From NCBI GenBank assembly GCA_023515725.1, contig JALDTO010000155.1, forward strand, positions 531,147 through 595,146: a DNA stretch of 64,000 nt, written 5' to 3'. The position numbers and the translations under genes were made by a program. Shown here piece by piece: positions 51,383 through 64,000 of this stretch (positions are counted from its first letter, which is position 1; each line of letters opens with the position of its first letter). Source of the DNA: Amoeboaphelidium protococcarum X5 (taxonomy: Eukaryota > Fungi > Aphelidiomycota). The notes under the pieces are model-generated. The model saw only the letters and a list, made by a program, of their open reading frames with translations. It did not search any database and was not told the DNA's origin.

Positions 51383-52702
51383 TCAATACAGAGGATTCTT
51401 CTCAGCCTCGTCCATAAAGTACAGCATTGCATTGTAAATCTCTTCTCCAGTAGGGACAATCTGCTTTGGACTGATGATAAAGCCACCCTCCCACATGGAT
51501 CTTGGTCTCAATTCAATGGTGAAGCCATAGATTCTCTGCCCGTCATATCTCTTCTTCACATCTTCAGACGCGTAAAACCAATCATGAGCACTACCACTGG
51601 TTGGATACAGATCAACTGAAGGCATGTTCTTGTACACTTTTCCATTCACTGACTTGATAGCGGAGGAGATCCCATCACCGACAGCCTTCAGGCGATCATA
51701 ATCACGAGGCTTACGGTTAGTGTGGCCCAGAGGACGCAGCACCAACTGACTAAAGGAGTGGAAATCAATAGCACCCACAATACGAGTATGATTCAGAAAG
51801 AAGCTAGTGACAGCCTGAATCTCATTTTCACTAGCAGCAGTCTCGCCCTTATACGTCTCAGAATTTGGATTCTTGGAAGCACCACCAGCGAAATCCCAGT
51901 TCACGTCATAGTTTCTATTCAGATCAACACCATAAGTTCTGCCAGAGATGAGCTTTCTGTTCTTTCTCCACAGACGGTTAGCAGTGTGAGTGTATTCATA
52001 ACCATCAGGATTGACAATAGGCACAACTAGCAATTCGACACGGGAAAATAGCTCCACAACTTCCTCATCACCACTGTTGAATTAATCAATGAGCTTATTG
52101 ACAACATACTGCACAGTAGCACCACTGATCCACTCACGCGCGTGTATTTAACTCTGGAAGTAGATTTGCTTCTTCTCAGCAGCGACACCATTAGGCGTAT
52201 TGATCTCGATAGCGAACAAATCGCGTCCTTCATAAGTCTTACCAATGGATGGAATGAACTTGATAAACTCGGAATTACGTTCAGCCAAATTCTTGTACCA
52301 AGCCTTGATTTCGTCATAACGGTGGAATTCAGAAAACCAATTGTCACTTTGAACAGAAGCTGGCATCATCTGGAAGATGGCCATTCTAGCGAGCTCAGCA
52401 TCAACATCCTTCTGAATGTTGTGATTCAGCACACCATACGATATTCCCTGCTGATCCAGAGCAGGCATCTCCTCTGGCGATACCTTGACGTACAGACACT
52501 TGTCATCACCACCCCACACATCCATCTCCTGGATGAATTTCAGAGTAGATGCGCTCTTATCGCACACAGACACCAGCTTGTGGCCATCGAATCTCTCCAC
52601 ATTCATCTCGGATGATGACGTGAAAGCATGTTGTTGCTGGTTAGCCGTCACAGAGCAGACTCCAGCAATGAGTAATAACGCGATTTCAGTAAATTATTTC
52701 AT
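51383..52702 (-). CDS. Secreted M14 zinc carboxypeptidase (CPA/B-like)
   Basis: Signal peptide; IHAREWIS, NPDGYEYT, WRKNR, GVDLNRN, DFHSFSQ, FTIELR. Confidence 0.95.
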
Positions 52703-52956
52703 ATCTTTATTTTTACTGTATGATAATGATAGTAAGCAGATGTGAGAAAGAGAAAAGGCACTAACGTCGTCTACTGTGATTAACCGACGAAGATTGATTG
52801 GAATGTGTGCCTCCTGATTGGAGCTTTATCACAATACTTTATTTCAACCTGTTATGTAAGATCGACTCTTTTAAGTTTTAATCAAAACTAGTTTATCGCT
52901 CGAATAATAAAAATATTGCGTCAAGACTTTCACCTTGTATTGTGAATATTTTATGA

Positions 52957-53622
52957 TCATTCCTTCTTTATGCAGGTACCCAACTTGATCTAAGTATTAC
53001 GTAAAAACACCTTAACAGCGTCAATCTTCTGTTTCAGAATGCTCTTGTACTGATCTTCGTCGCTCATTTCATCACATTTACGCGACAATTTCTCTTCTGA
53101 AGCTTGTAGAGTTTGTAAAGCGTTCTCATGGTCTCCATTACGATCATAAGCAAGTCCTAGATTAAACAAAATCTCGCCGTCTTGAGGATCTAGCTCTGTC
53201 GCCTTCTTGTAGTACTCTATGGCCTTCTGAGAGGACTTTTAAGCGTCGCCTTGATCAAACATTAGGTAGAAATTTCCCAGATTCGTATAAGCATCACTAG
53301 ATGGTTTTATGCTGAGACTCTACTCCCAATTAAATTTTGCTTAATCCAAGTCGCCTTTCTAAAAGTACACATTTCCAATATTGTAATACACATCAGCATT
53401 AGACTTGTCACGTTGCAAGTATGTTTAAAAGTGCCCAAGTGCATTATCAACGTCTCCATTGAGAAGGCAATCATGTGCTTGTGATGTCAACTGATCCAGA
53501 GATGGCTCTTGATTATTTACGATAGACGCGTAATTACGCAAAGATTTCACATTATAACGTTTTAGAACTTGAGCAGACTACAAACTGACGCGTTACACTA
53601 CAGTCTTATTCAATCTCAGCAT
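52957..53622 (-). CDS. TPR-repeat protein with a probable mitochondrial presequence
   Basis: Arg-rich N-terminus MLRLNKTVVQRVSL; TPR repeats ADVYYNIGNVYF, DAYTNLGNFY, EILFNLGLAY; 222 codons. Confidence 0.82.
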
Positions 53623-53819
53623 ATTTTGTATCTAGTTATAGCAGATAATAAAAATATTGATGGAAAGGTCTCGCGAAATAGAGACAGTGAAGAAGCAATG
53701 AAGACGATCTGCTCGCTCAAGTTTCTTTTCCCTTGAAAGCCTTCAAGTCGAATTTCACTGTTAATTTTAGCTTTTTCGGCTCTTATAGCTTCAACAACCG
53801 TCAAAAGTCTTATATAAAG

Positions 53820-54603
53820 ATGGCTGATGATCCATTTTATATAGTTAAAGAGTAAGCTTTATCTTCTTGTATTTTTATTTTGATCATGAAATTCATATTG
53901 TCAGTGTAGTGAGGTCTAAAAGAGTTTGAACAACTTGCAGTAATAGTTTAGCCGACTGGCAAATTTAAAGGGACAATAGGCTAGTCATGTCAGAGAAGAG
54001 ATTACCTCTTAATTGAAGACCATTGAGTGGGATATATAAGATCTGGAAGAGACTGTGAGGATAGTAGAGTCTAATCCGGCCAAGTTTCGACTCACTACGG
54101 CTGAAGTAACGTCTAGGCGGTCATTTGTCGAGCAATGCAAATCTACGCTAGATCGAATGCACAAATAGATATAATAGTAGTAGTAGTAGCAGTCTGCATC
54201 CACCAAGTAGTAACAGATTAATGCGAATTTTAACAACAATGGCAGTTTTAAATAAGGAGCTGGCGGCGTTAATACTAACAATGCTGTGAACTCTATGATT
54301 TAGAATGAGGGTGATCAGTAGTAGTTGTTTATGCAGAGATAGGATGAACAGTTGGATTCTGTATTACATACTGTGGTCAATATCAAGAATATTGCCAATA
54401 CAATGACTACAGAGCTAGACGACTAATAGATATTACTTGATAGATTGGATGAGAAGGTTGACTCGAGTGGGAATAGACTCCGTGCTGCCCAGAAGCGGCT
54501 TGACCAATTGTTGAAAGCTAATGGCACAGACATGAAGACTTTTATGTGCATAGTTGTCCTGGTCATCATAGTCATTATTCTATTCTTTGTCGTTCTACTA
54601 TGA
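53820..54603 (+). CDS. TLG1: Qc-SNARE syntaxin-6/Tlg1
   Basis: MADDPFYIVKD|EV (intron 53852-53909), IEWDIQDLEETV, QDEQLD SNARE motif and a C-terminal TM helix. Confidence 0.92.
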
Positions 54604-55528
54604 TTATGAGTGATTCTAATGACATAATATAAACATCCTTTGTCATAATCACTCGAGTTTTTGATGCTTCTACTTGGCTTAAATTGTTACAAGACTGGAG
54701 ATTTAGCAGTCTGATCGCTCTTTAAATTGATTAGGAAAGTAATTAGTGCCAAAAATAACTTGAATCTAGTATTAAAAGCACACCAAATTGATCCAAGTCA
54801 ATTTTGAATGAGTTGGAACCAAGTCGTTTCTAGAAAGAGGCCCCTAGCAGATCTGCTATGGTCAACGCGCCACTCCCTAGCAGTTTGGCTATGGTCCTTC
54901 TTTGGGTAAATCAATTAAGCAATTGGAATTAAAATGACTTAAATCTTGCATGAACAGCTCAATAAGGTATTCAAGTGAGTTTTATTAATTTTTTAAAGTT
55001 AGTTGGCTCCAATGAGGACACGCACTCCTTCTTTTCTATAATATTCTCCTTCAGTGATTGTACTGTATTGAGTTGTTCTTGAGCACTGCCTGACCTTGCT
55101 GCCCATTAAACGCGTCACATGAATTTGGAATAGAGATTCGTGAAGAGTTCCATATCGCACTAAGAGACAATTGGCCAGGATAAGATCATGAAGAATTGCA
55201 AAGATGCTACTGACAAGACTCATAGTGATCCGTTTGACGTCGTAGTAACACGTAAAACCTCAGTCTGGACACCGTCTCCTCTTCTCTGTGAGCTATTCAA
55301 TGTCAAAGTTCCATCACCATCAACTGATTACAAGACTGTGCAAAAGTAAATCTAATGAATTCATTGACATGATATGACATGTTTCTTACCTTGAGGTGTC
55401 TTTACATTTTTCCATCACGCGCCTTCATAAACTTTCTTCTTTGTTACAATTCATGTCATTATAATTAGACTTTACTCTAATTGTTATATTTGTAAAGCGA
55501 TTCACTTGTGAAATACAGTAATAGTAGT

Positions 55529-56488
55529 ATGGGAGATGTGTAATAACTAGTGAGAGATGCGGAAAAGGCATTGGCCACATCGTTCTTTAAGAGAAAGCCT
55601 GATTATGAAGAGGCAAGTACACTGTATGACAAGGCTGCTAATATGCTCAAAGCCTAGAAGCAGTACGACCAATCTTATGACTTGTTCATTAAGGCTTCCG
55701 ACTGTCATTACAAGAATGAATCTGTGTACTTTGCCGCCAAGAGTATGGAGATGGCCGGCAGTCTGTACATTCAATCCAGTAATAAGGATGTGAAGAAGGC
55801 TGCAGATGCCTTTGTCAGTGCTGCCAAATTGTTCTAGCAAAATAACAATGGAGATCGCGCTATAGATATGTATGATAAGGCTGCCAAGTATCTGGATGAA
55901 CAGGATCCGAAGTATGCTCTGGAATGTTACAGCTAAGCGGTATCACTGATTGAAGATGAAGAGCGTATTAGAATCAATGGTGAAGTATTTCAGCGTTACG
56001 CGTTTCTACTCATCAGGGAGAATTAGTTGCAGGAGGCTTCCCAAGTCTTAATGCGGTACATTGAAGGTTTACGCAAAGCATAGAATACTCATCTGCATAA
56101 CAGAATGGGAGTGAGCTGTGTGATTGTTCAACTGGCCGTGGGTGATGAAGTTGCCGCGTCTAAACTGTTTGAACAGCTGACTCTCAACACCCCGCAGTGG
56201 CCCGTCAGTGATGAAGGTAAAATTGCGAATTAACTGTTGGACGCGTTCGAACAGAGAGATTAATAGAAAATAGATCAAGTTCTCAAGATACAGCAAGTGT
56301 CCTTCTTGGATCGGTAGATTATCAAATTGGCCAAGAGTTTGCGTGTTTTGGGTGAATAACCTGCAGTTGAATAACAAGTATATAATCCCGACGTGTCCAC
56401 TAGTCTTGTGGATGATGTTCATGACTCTAATCCTCACAGTCAAATTCAAAATGGTACCAACATTGAAGAGAGCACTGATCTATGTTGA
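55529..56488 (+). CDS. NAPG: Gamma-soluble NSF attachment protein
   Basis: AEKALATSFFKRKPDYEEASTLYDKAA...YFAAKSME; ends EESTDLC*. Confidence 0.85.
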
Positions 56489-56658
56489 ATTTATTATCAT
56501 ATTATTAATACTTCATTCATATCTTCAATTTATTTTATTTCAATCTTCTCCACTACAGACTAATGTGAAAGATAGTTGAAGGTTCTGTCTGTCGGACGAT
56601 CTCCTCTTCTTTCCAATTCAAAACTGAAAAATTATTTAGAATCAATTATTGAGTAAAG

Positions 56659-59577
56659 ATGAAGATTGTGTAGAGTAAGACGATATTGCGCAAGAATCGC
56701 AAGGGTGGAGTGTAAAAGATATTGAGAGAGCATTATCTGAGAACTGATATTCACTGTGGATATAGTGCGTGTATTGAGTGTAATGCCAGCTGTATTCTGC
56801 CTCCCAGTACGCGTCTTCTCGATGGATAGATGGTGATTGTGTTGGATTATTCAATGATACTCCACCAGATGGACATTGTAGAGCATCAATGTGTTGATTA
56901 GGTGGTGTTACTTAGAACTGTGCTGGATGTGATTAGAGATAAATCAATGGCTCTTTATAATCGTGCGAGATAGCTGGTTGGTGGTGATGGCGTGGATGTT
57001 GATATTACGCGTCAGTTTTATGTGCTTTCAAATGAGAATATGTAATAGTTGTATGTTCAAAGGTAGAAGGGAGAGTCGCTGTAGGATAGGAATTGTAGAG
57101 CTATTATGACGGCTCTGGAGTGGTATTGCAATCATCTACCTTCTGTGCAATTTCAATTTTTGACTGCTAATTCTGATACCGCTATAGGTGCTCAGAATCT
57201 ATTGGGACATTTGAGTAATTTGCAAATACTCACTGTATAGTAGTTTGTTGAATTACATAAAGTTGATGCTCCAGAGTTGTTGGATATGGTTGCGCAAGAG
57301 TCTAATGATACTGATGCTATGGTGGACTCATCAGGTTAGCTGTATCGCGACTATCTATCCAACTCGTAAATATAGAGTGGTCTGCTTAGTGGAAAGCTGT
57401 TTCAAGGTAAGATTAGTATTGCTCTGAATAATGTTTTCGAAGGCCAGCTTCACACTTCTATTGGTGGCAAGGATGTGACTATCAAGGTGGTTGGCAAGTA
57501 GTCTCTAAACAGGGCCATCCATGATGATGTCGTGGTGGTTCAGCTGCTTCCCAAATCTTAGTGGAATATTGCTGCAGAGACGATCATTGATGAAGAAGGT
57601 GATTTGCAGGCTGAAGTTACCGCATAGATTACGGATGCTGATGGCTTAATCAATGATACTAGTGCTGAGGAGATGGTAAATTCAGACGATAATAATGCAG
57701 ATGCACCGACTGTCAGTGAGGGCGATATTCCAGTTGCGCAAGTTGTGGGAATTGTGAAGCGTAATTGGAGATGTTATGCTGGAGTTATCGATGCCTCTAG
57801 AGTGGATGCAGCTGGTGATATGGGCGCGCAATCTAGATCTGTGTGGTTCTATCCATCTGAAAAGAGAATTCCAAAGATTAGAATCAAGACGAGATAGTTG
57901 AATTAGCTTAAAGGTTAGCGCATTCTGGTCAACATTGATGGTTGGAGTGTGAATGACAACTTTCCATCTGGTCACTTTGTTCGTACTTTGGGCCAGCTGG
58001 GTGATAAAGCAACTGAATTGGAATCTCTTTTGCATGAGCACGATGTTCGTTATTAGGTATTCTCAAATCAGATTTTATCTGAATTACCTGCGGATGGTGC
58101 AAATTTCAAGATTCCCGAGTAGGAATATTCAGTAAGAAGAGATTTGAGATCGCTGGACATTTGCAGTATCGATCCTCCGGGATGTACTGATATAGATGAT
58201 GCTTTGCACTGCAGAAAGCTGTCAGATAATCTTTGGGAGTGTGGTGTCCACATTGCTGATGTGACGTACTTTGTGAAGCCAGACACTGCAATGGATCAGG
58301 AGGCGAGTGTTCGTGGCACTACGGTGTATCTGGTAGATTAGCGTATAGATATGCTTCCACCGCTTTTGGGTACTAATCTATGTTCTCTCAGATCCAATGT
58401 CGAGAGACTTGCGTTTTCTGTGATTTGGTAAATGACTGAACAGGGTGAGATTTTGAAGACTGAGTTTTGCAAGAGTATCATACAGAGCAAGGCATCTCTC
58501 ACGTATGAAGAGGCTCAGAGACGCGTCGATGATCCCAAGATGCAAGATGAATTAACTCAGTCTATTCGCCAATTGAACAGATTCGCCAAGTTGTTCAAGT
58601 AGAAGAGACAGGAGGCTGGTAGTTTGACTCTAAGTTCTCCTGAAGTCCGCTTCCAGTTGGAAAGAGATACTCAGGATCCTGTCGATGTGGAGATGAAAGA
58701 GTTGAAAGAGACCAATGCCCTGGTGGAAGAGTTCATGCTACTGGCTAACATTGCTGTGGCCAAGTAGATTTACACGGCGTTTCCAGAGGTTGCCGTTCTG
58801 CGTCGTCATCCTTAACCTCCATAAAGTAATTTTGATTAGTTGAAATAGGCTTTACACCCGTATGGCATCACTTTGCAGACGGAGACTTCTAAGTAGCTGG
58901 CTGATAGTCTGAATAAAGCCATTGTTTAAGGAGACGACTATTTTAATACTCTTGTGCGTATATTGACCACGCGTTGCATGATGTAGGCCGTGTACTTTTG
59001 CTCCGGTCAGCTCAGTGATAATGAATATTGGCATTACGGTCTCGCCACTGAAATCTATACGCATTTCACGTCTCCTATAAGACGTTATGCTGATGTGATG
59101 GTTCATAGATTATTGGCTGCCTCTATTAATGCTGATGAATCTGTATCGTAGTCTCATCTGCTCTTTGATCGTGTTAGAATGTCTGAGATTTGTGATAATC
59201 TAAACTATCGTCACAGATAAGCGTAATAAGCTGGACGTAGCTCCGTGGAATTGTATACGCACTTATTCTTTCGCGGTAAGCAGGTGGATGAGGTTGGATA
59301 CGTGACTGCTGTGATGAAGAATGGAGCCTCTGTAATTGTGCCTAAATACGGAATTGAAGGCTTTGTACATGCTTCACCATCTGGCGGTAGAGATGGATCT
59401 GCCAATCCAAAAGATGGCGGTGATAGTCATGAGTTTGTCTATGATGCTGAGAACCGGTCTCTCAGTTCACCAGCTGGTACTTTGAAAGTATTTACCAAAG
59501 TCAGAGTTATAATTACCATCGATGAAAGTACAGTGGCCGGGTTAAGACAGCGACTCAGAATGGAACTAACAAAATGA
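56659..59577 (+). CDS. DIS3: Exosome catalytic subunit Dis3/Rrp44
   Basis: [11 protein letters not shown] (CR3 motif), [37 protein letters not shown]. Confidence 0.97.
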
Positions 59578-59864
59578 AAATTTTTATTAAGTCCGGTTAT
59601 AATAGACTGATTAACTATTTATTCTGCACTTTTGACTACAATTTTACGCTGTAAAAGCTGTGGCGTAAGAACAATGATCGTGATCAATTCGTTTTTTCAG
59701 TCGATTGACCGTTCGGGTGAACAACGCGTAGAGAGATTCCTTCTCAAGCGACCTTTTTCAATTTCCTTTTTCCCGACTGCTTCATCTACGTGTGTAAATT
59801 CGAACCATCCTGCTTTAGATTTAACTCATTTACTCTTTGAATTACTATAAGACTGAGTTATATA

Positions 59865-61508
59865 ATGACGCGTTACGAAGATAGCTATAGAGGTAAAGGA
59901 TATTAGTACTCTGGTGCTGCTGCATAATTTACTGAGAAGAATCCTGGTTCTTATTAAACGGATTATCAATAATCAAGAGGCAGAGATTACAATAGAAGGT
60001 CTGATTATGGTGTGCATCGACCTGGTTCATACTCACAGTAGAATTATTAGAACGGTTCTGGCGCAGCGAAATAATCTTAGCCGTAATAATATCGTAATAA
60101 TGCAAGAGATTACTCGCCTGGTTACTATAATAGCAAAGCGAACAATCACCAGGGTAATATTAACGGTGGTGCGCGTACTTCTAGTGTGAGGTAGAGAGAT
60201 GATTACTCATTGCAACAGCAGCCGTAACAACATCGTCGCCAAGAGCTAGCAGAGATTAAGGCGCCGCAGTACAAGTTAGAGCTATGTCAGACGTATATGG
60301 ACACTGGTATGTGCGGCAACGGTCTGTATTGTAAATTCGCACACGGTCAGAGTGAAGTTGGTATGATGGTGGTGGAGAAAGATTTTGCTATATCTGCTGT
60401 TGTGTAATTGTAATCTGGATAACGTGGAGATGATTATATCGCCGGTGGTAGTGGTGTTCGTCACGCTGATAATGGCAACAATTATGATAGCCAATAACAA
60501 CAGTAGCGTTCTTATGATGGCGCAGAGTATGCTGAGGATTAGCAGTATGATTACGCACAAGATGGAGGAGAGTTTGCGGAAGAATATCCTCCTTAAGGCG
60601 ATTATCGTTATAATGAATTCAATGCTGAACAGGAACTATTTAATCGCAAAGATAATCATCATCATCAATTCGATGAGCGAAAATTCCGTACTGCCATGTG
60701 CTCTTATTTTGTCAAAACTGGCCATTGTCGATTTGGAGATGATTGTAAGTTTGCTCATAGTAAGGATCAGCTGTAGAAACCTTAATCGGAACATTCATAT
60801 GGGAGAAATGATTAAGCTAAAGATTAATAGTTTTCATAGTAGTAGGAGTAGTTCTAGTTTGAAGACCCGAAGAATTAGAGGCAAGTATAAGGAGATTAAA
60901 GACGTGATGGGGAGATGTATTCCCGTCCGCCATAGCAGTAGTATAATAAGAGTGGTCGTTCTCGTGATTATGGCGCCGAATATCCAAGAGGTGGTGAGAA
61001 TAGAAGATATGATAATGGTGATACCGAAAATGATAAATATTATCCGAATGGAGATTTCAATTATCGCCACGAGTCCACTTACCAATAGTAGTATGACAGA
61101 GACAATGGTGTCGCCGGTAAGAGTCATTATGATGGTCCAAGATAGCGAGGTCCATTCCCCGGGAGATCCACTGTTGGTATCCCTGCTGATTAAATCTTTG
61201 AACGACGCGCTAATAGTAGTCATTACAAGTCCACTCTATGCAAGTACTTTGAAGAGTCTGGTCGCTGTAAGCTGGGAGATACTTGCACGTATGCTCATGG
61301 TAGACATGAATTAAGATAGCCATCAAGTGGTATTACCCGGTATTCTGATGCCCAAAACAACGGTAGTAATAGTAATAGTAACGGTAATGCTGAAAGTAAT
61401 TAGGCGAATGACTTGCCAGACATTTGGGCTTGTGATAACGGCAGTATCGATCTTCATAACAAAAGTCATAATAACAGTACCATTGCCGGCGAGGAAGGTG
61501 AAGTCTGA
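59865..61508 (+). CDS. CCCH zinc-finger RNA-binding protein (3 dispersed fingers, Y/Q/N/G-rich)
   Basis: [26 protein letters not shown]; [26 protein letters not shown]; [26 protein letters not shown]. Confidence 0.9.
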
Positions 61509-61707
61509 ATATATATACTTGAAGGTGGCAGATAGTATCATCTACTAGAATAATGACCTCTGTGAGAATATATAAAGAAATCAATACGCAGGCAACTCGA
61601 TTTTAATTTATTTAATTCACAATTTATAAGTGGTCATTGGTCGATTAATCAATTCTGCCACCAACACACAAGACTACTCGTATTTTGTGCAATTACAACA
61701 CTACCAT

Positions 61708-63150
61708 TCAACTTGCACTTGCATTAGATTGCATCACAGGAGCACTAGACTGAGACTACTACCTTGACGGCTATTAGTTTTACTATTATTGAGACATTTA
61801 AGACATTTGTAAATAATGTCTGTACATGTTCTAAAATTGTTATTACTAGATCTACTATTCTTGTGTGATGTATTGCGGATATTATAAAGACTGATTAGAC
61901 TACTGTTACTATTAAAGCTGTTACTACTACGCTAGCATCATCTATTATTACTACTTCTACATTTAGTAATAATGATCTCCTTGTGCATCCCCACCATTCT
62001 AATAATATGCCAAGTTGGCAGAGGCAGCTTGATATGCCATGAACGCATTCACACTAAACTTCATACTGTCTTCATATCCACTTGTTTATTACTACTATTA
62101 TTACTATTGGTGAGATGGCATCATTGAAATGTTCTACGCAGATGAAGACGCACTAAGACCGCCGCCATCAGCACCGCCAGACTTGTCTTTGCCCCACGCA
62201 ACTTTCAACTTGGCGCCATTAAATGCCGCGTTGGCTAAGTAACAGATGGCCTATGCAGCATTCTCGTGACTGTCCATCTTGACGAATGCGTATCCCTTCT
62301 CATGATGAATCTTAATATCCAGGATATGGCCATACGGAAGGAAAGCAGTTTGTAGCATCTCTGTAGTTGTATTAGGAGGAATACTAACGTACACGGTGGT
62401 GACACTGGGCTAACTCTAATTCAGCACAGTATTCAAATTCAGTGTAGGCCTCTTAGGATGTTCAAATACAGGTGCAGTGGAATATGTACCAGTACTCGCG
62501 GCACTCTAACCTTACTACGAAAACTACTACTACGGCTAAAATTACTACGCGCCATCCCCTTATTAAGGTTAACCAGAAGCATTAGAGCCAGCTTGTAGAT
62601 TTGCTTTATTATGAGCCCAATTGATTTTGACACATCGCTAGCCAATCTGGCGACCGTTCATCATCTGAATGGCACGCTCAGCATCTCGCTTAGTCCTGAA
62701 AGTCACAAATCCATATCCTCTAGTCTTGCCCGTCTACAGGTCCCACATTACACGCGCATCTGATAGAACACTCCCACCTAGAGCATCAGCGAACGCTCTA
62801 GCCAGAACTTGATCATCAACATCGCCACTCAAATCGCCAACATAGAGAGAGTAATGACTCGAGATATCCTCCTTGCTCTTTGTAATCTGAATATACCACT
62901 TCAACTGCACACTCAAATCATAGATGCGCCTTCCATTCAGCGTCAATATAGCCGTCTCTGCAGACTAATGATCTTTATACTCAATGTATGAGGTAGAGGT
63001 TGAGCCTGATGCGCGATCATGTATTGTCCTTATAGACACTATAGGGCCAGCGGTGGAGAAAATAGATGCCAACAGCTAATCAGTCACTCTTTAATCTAAA
63101 TTGCTGGCCTGTATAGTCGTTCGCCCAAAGCTATCTTGGATTTTTGGCAT
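61708..63150 (-). CDS. PUB1: TIA-1/Pub1-like triple-RRM protein with a Q-rich tail
   Basis: LYVGDLSGDVDD, DARVMWDLQTGKTRGYGFV, IRANWAH, TTVYV, KGYAFVK, LKVAWGK. Confidence 0.88.
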
Positions 63151-63297
63151 ATTGTCTAACGCTGAATATGTGATAATTTCGTATTTCGGCCTGATCGGAT
63201 GAAAAAAGATATTTTTGTGATGAAAGAGCTAAGGGAAGCTAAAAGTGCTACTATAAGCGAAACAATAAAATAGGCATAATTAATTATTAATTAAAGA

Positions 63298-64000
63298 TCA
63301 TGAGCTAACCTGTGTGGTGATAGCACTAGTAGAATTGTTCTTCACCACCTTGGATGTACACCGCTCACACGCTCGCCACCTTGGTAGTGATCTTTCATTA
63401 TCATCGTTATCAGTAGGAGAATCTTCACTTTACTGACTCGAGCTTATTATGGCAGTCAACACATCAGACACACCAAGTCTATATCGCGAACAATCAATAC
63501 AAACTATACTTGAGCACCAAGTGCATTAGAATTGACTATCCTAAGCAAAGAATAGATGCTTGCAATTGGAGCATTGAGACTGTTTACTATGACTGACCAC
63601 AGCATGGGACTATTACTATTATTAGAGATTAAGTTCAGATTAAGACTTTTACTACTAATCTGCCGACTAAAGCCGGGGAGTAGATTTAGTGGATACTTCA
63701 CTACTAGGTAAAGGAGGTAATTCAACACTTGTCGATGATTGTAGAATCTTCTACCTGAGATTCTCTATCTGAGCATCGAGATTGTGAAGATGATGTTGCA
63801 GTAATGAATCGGTATGAGAGCACTTGTCCAGCGAGTCTTTTATTTTACTTGAAGCTTCCACATAACTACCAGGAAGTCTTCTATACGGATGTCTGACTGT
63901 AAAAGGCGGTACAGAATCTGCAAAATCACAAAGCGACAATCCACCACCACAATGAGTCGAATCATCAGCACTAAACAGTAATCTTCTCCATATTGAGATA
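63298..64000 (-). CDS. 3' end of a protein with a coiled coil and an atypical FYVE-type zinc finger (partial)
   Basis: CSNC...CTWCSSIVCIDC...RACERC (8 Cys) upstream of TGA 63298-63300. Confidence 0.7.

Noticed and set aside
59770-59830. GGTTCGAAT T-loop-like motif on the minus strand
   Set aside because: No cloverleaf stems; no tRNA, rRNA or CRISPR array is supported anywhere in the window.
60385-61314. 309-aa Ile/Met-rich ORF
   Set aside because: Off-frame shadow of the low-complexity CCCH gene; the real frame carries the Zn fingers.
597-63939. Apparent mass pseudogenisation (fragmented ORFs in the supplied track)
   Set aside because: The breaks are TAA/TAG at Gln positions in essential genes, and the frames are continuous under table 6.

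Overview
Gene-dense, compact eukaryotic (fungal-like/opisthokont) chromosome segment that uses a non-standard nuclear genetic code. TAA and TAG are read as Gln and TGA is the only stop (translation table 6), so the supplied ORF track is fragmented. The gene content, short 50-70 nt GT-AG introns and code are most consistent with the aphelid Amoeboaphelidium protococcarum (inference). Re-translated by hand with table 6, the window holds about 34 protein genes, mostly housekeeping: ATP16, UreF, FANCI, POL5, HAS1, RPB6, PRI2, VMP1, a CCX exchanger, histone H1, MGR2, a CPSF6-like RRM protein, SRPRB, RPL5, RPL14, CYT1, ARP8, POL1, PHO8, TLG1, gamma-SNAP, DIS3 and PUB1. It also holds secreted or parasitism-type genes: a mucin/Pro-rich protein ending in a bacterial RTX-associated domain, a bacterial-type trypsin-like protease, an M14 carboxypeptidase and a Crinkler effector. 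Non-coding elements are an internally deleted Ty1/copia element with a 5-bp TSD and an intronic box C/D snoRNA (U80/snR60 type) clamped by a long stem inside the RPL14 intron. The most unusual observations are a VMP1 scramblase fused to two SAP DNA-binding motifs, the RTX-like domain on an extensin-like stalk, a PIN-dead DIS3, a degenerate SR-beta GTPase and the structured snoRNA intron. All family calls come from motif recognition, not database searches.
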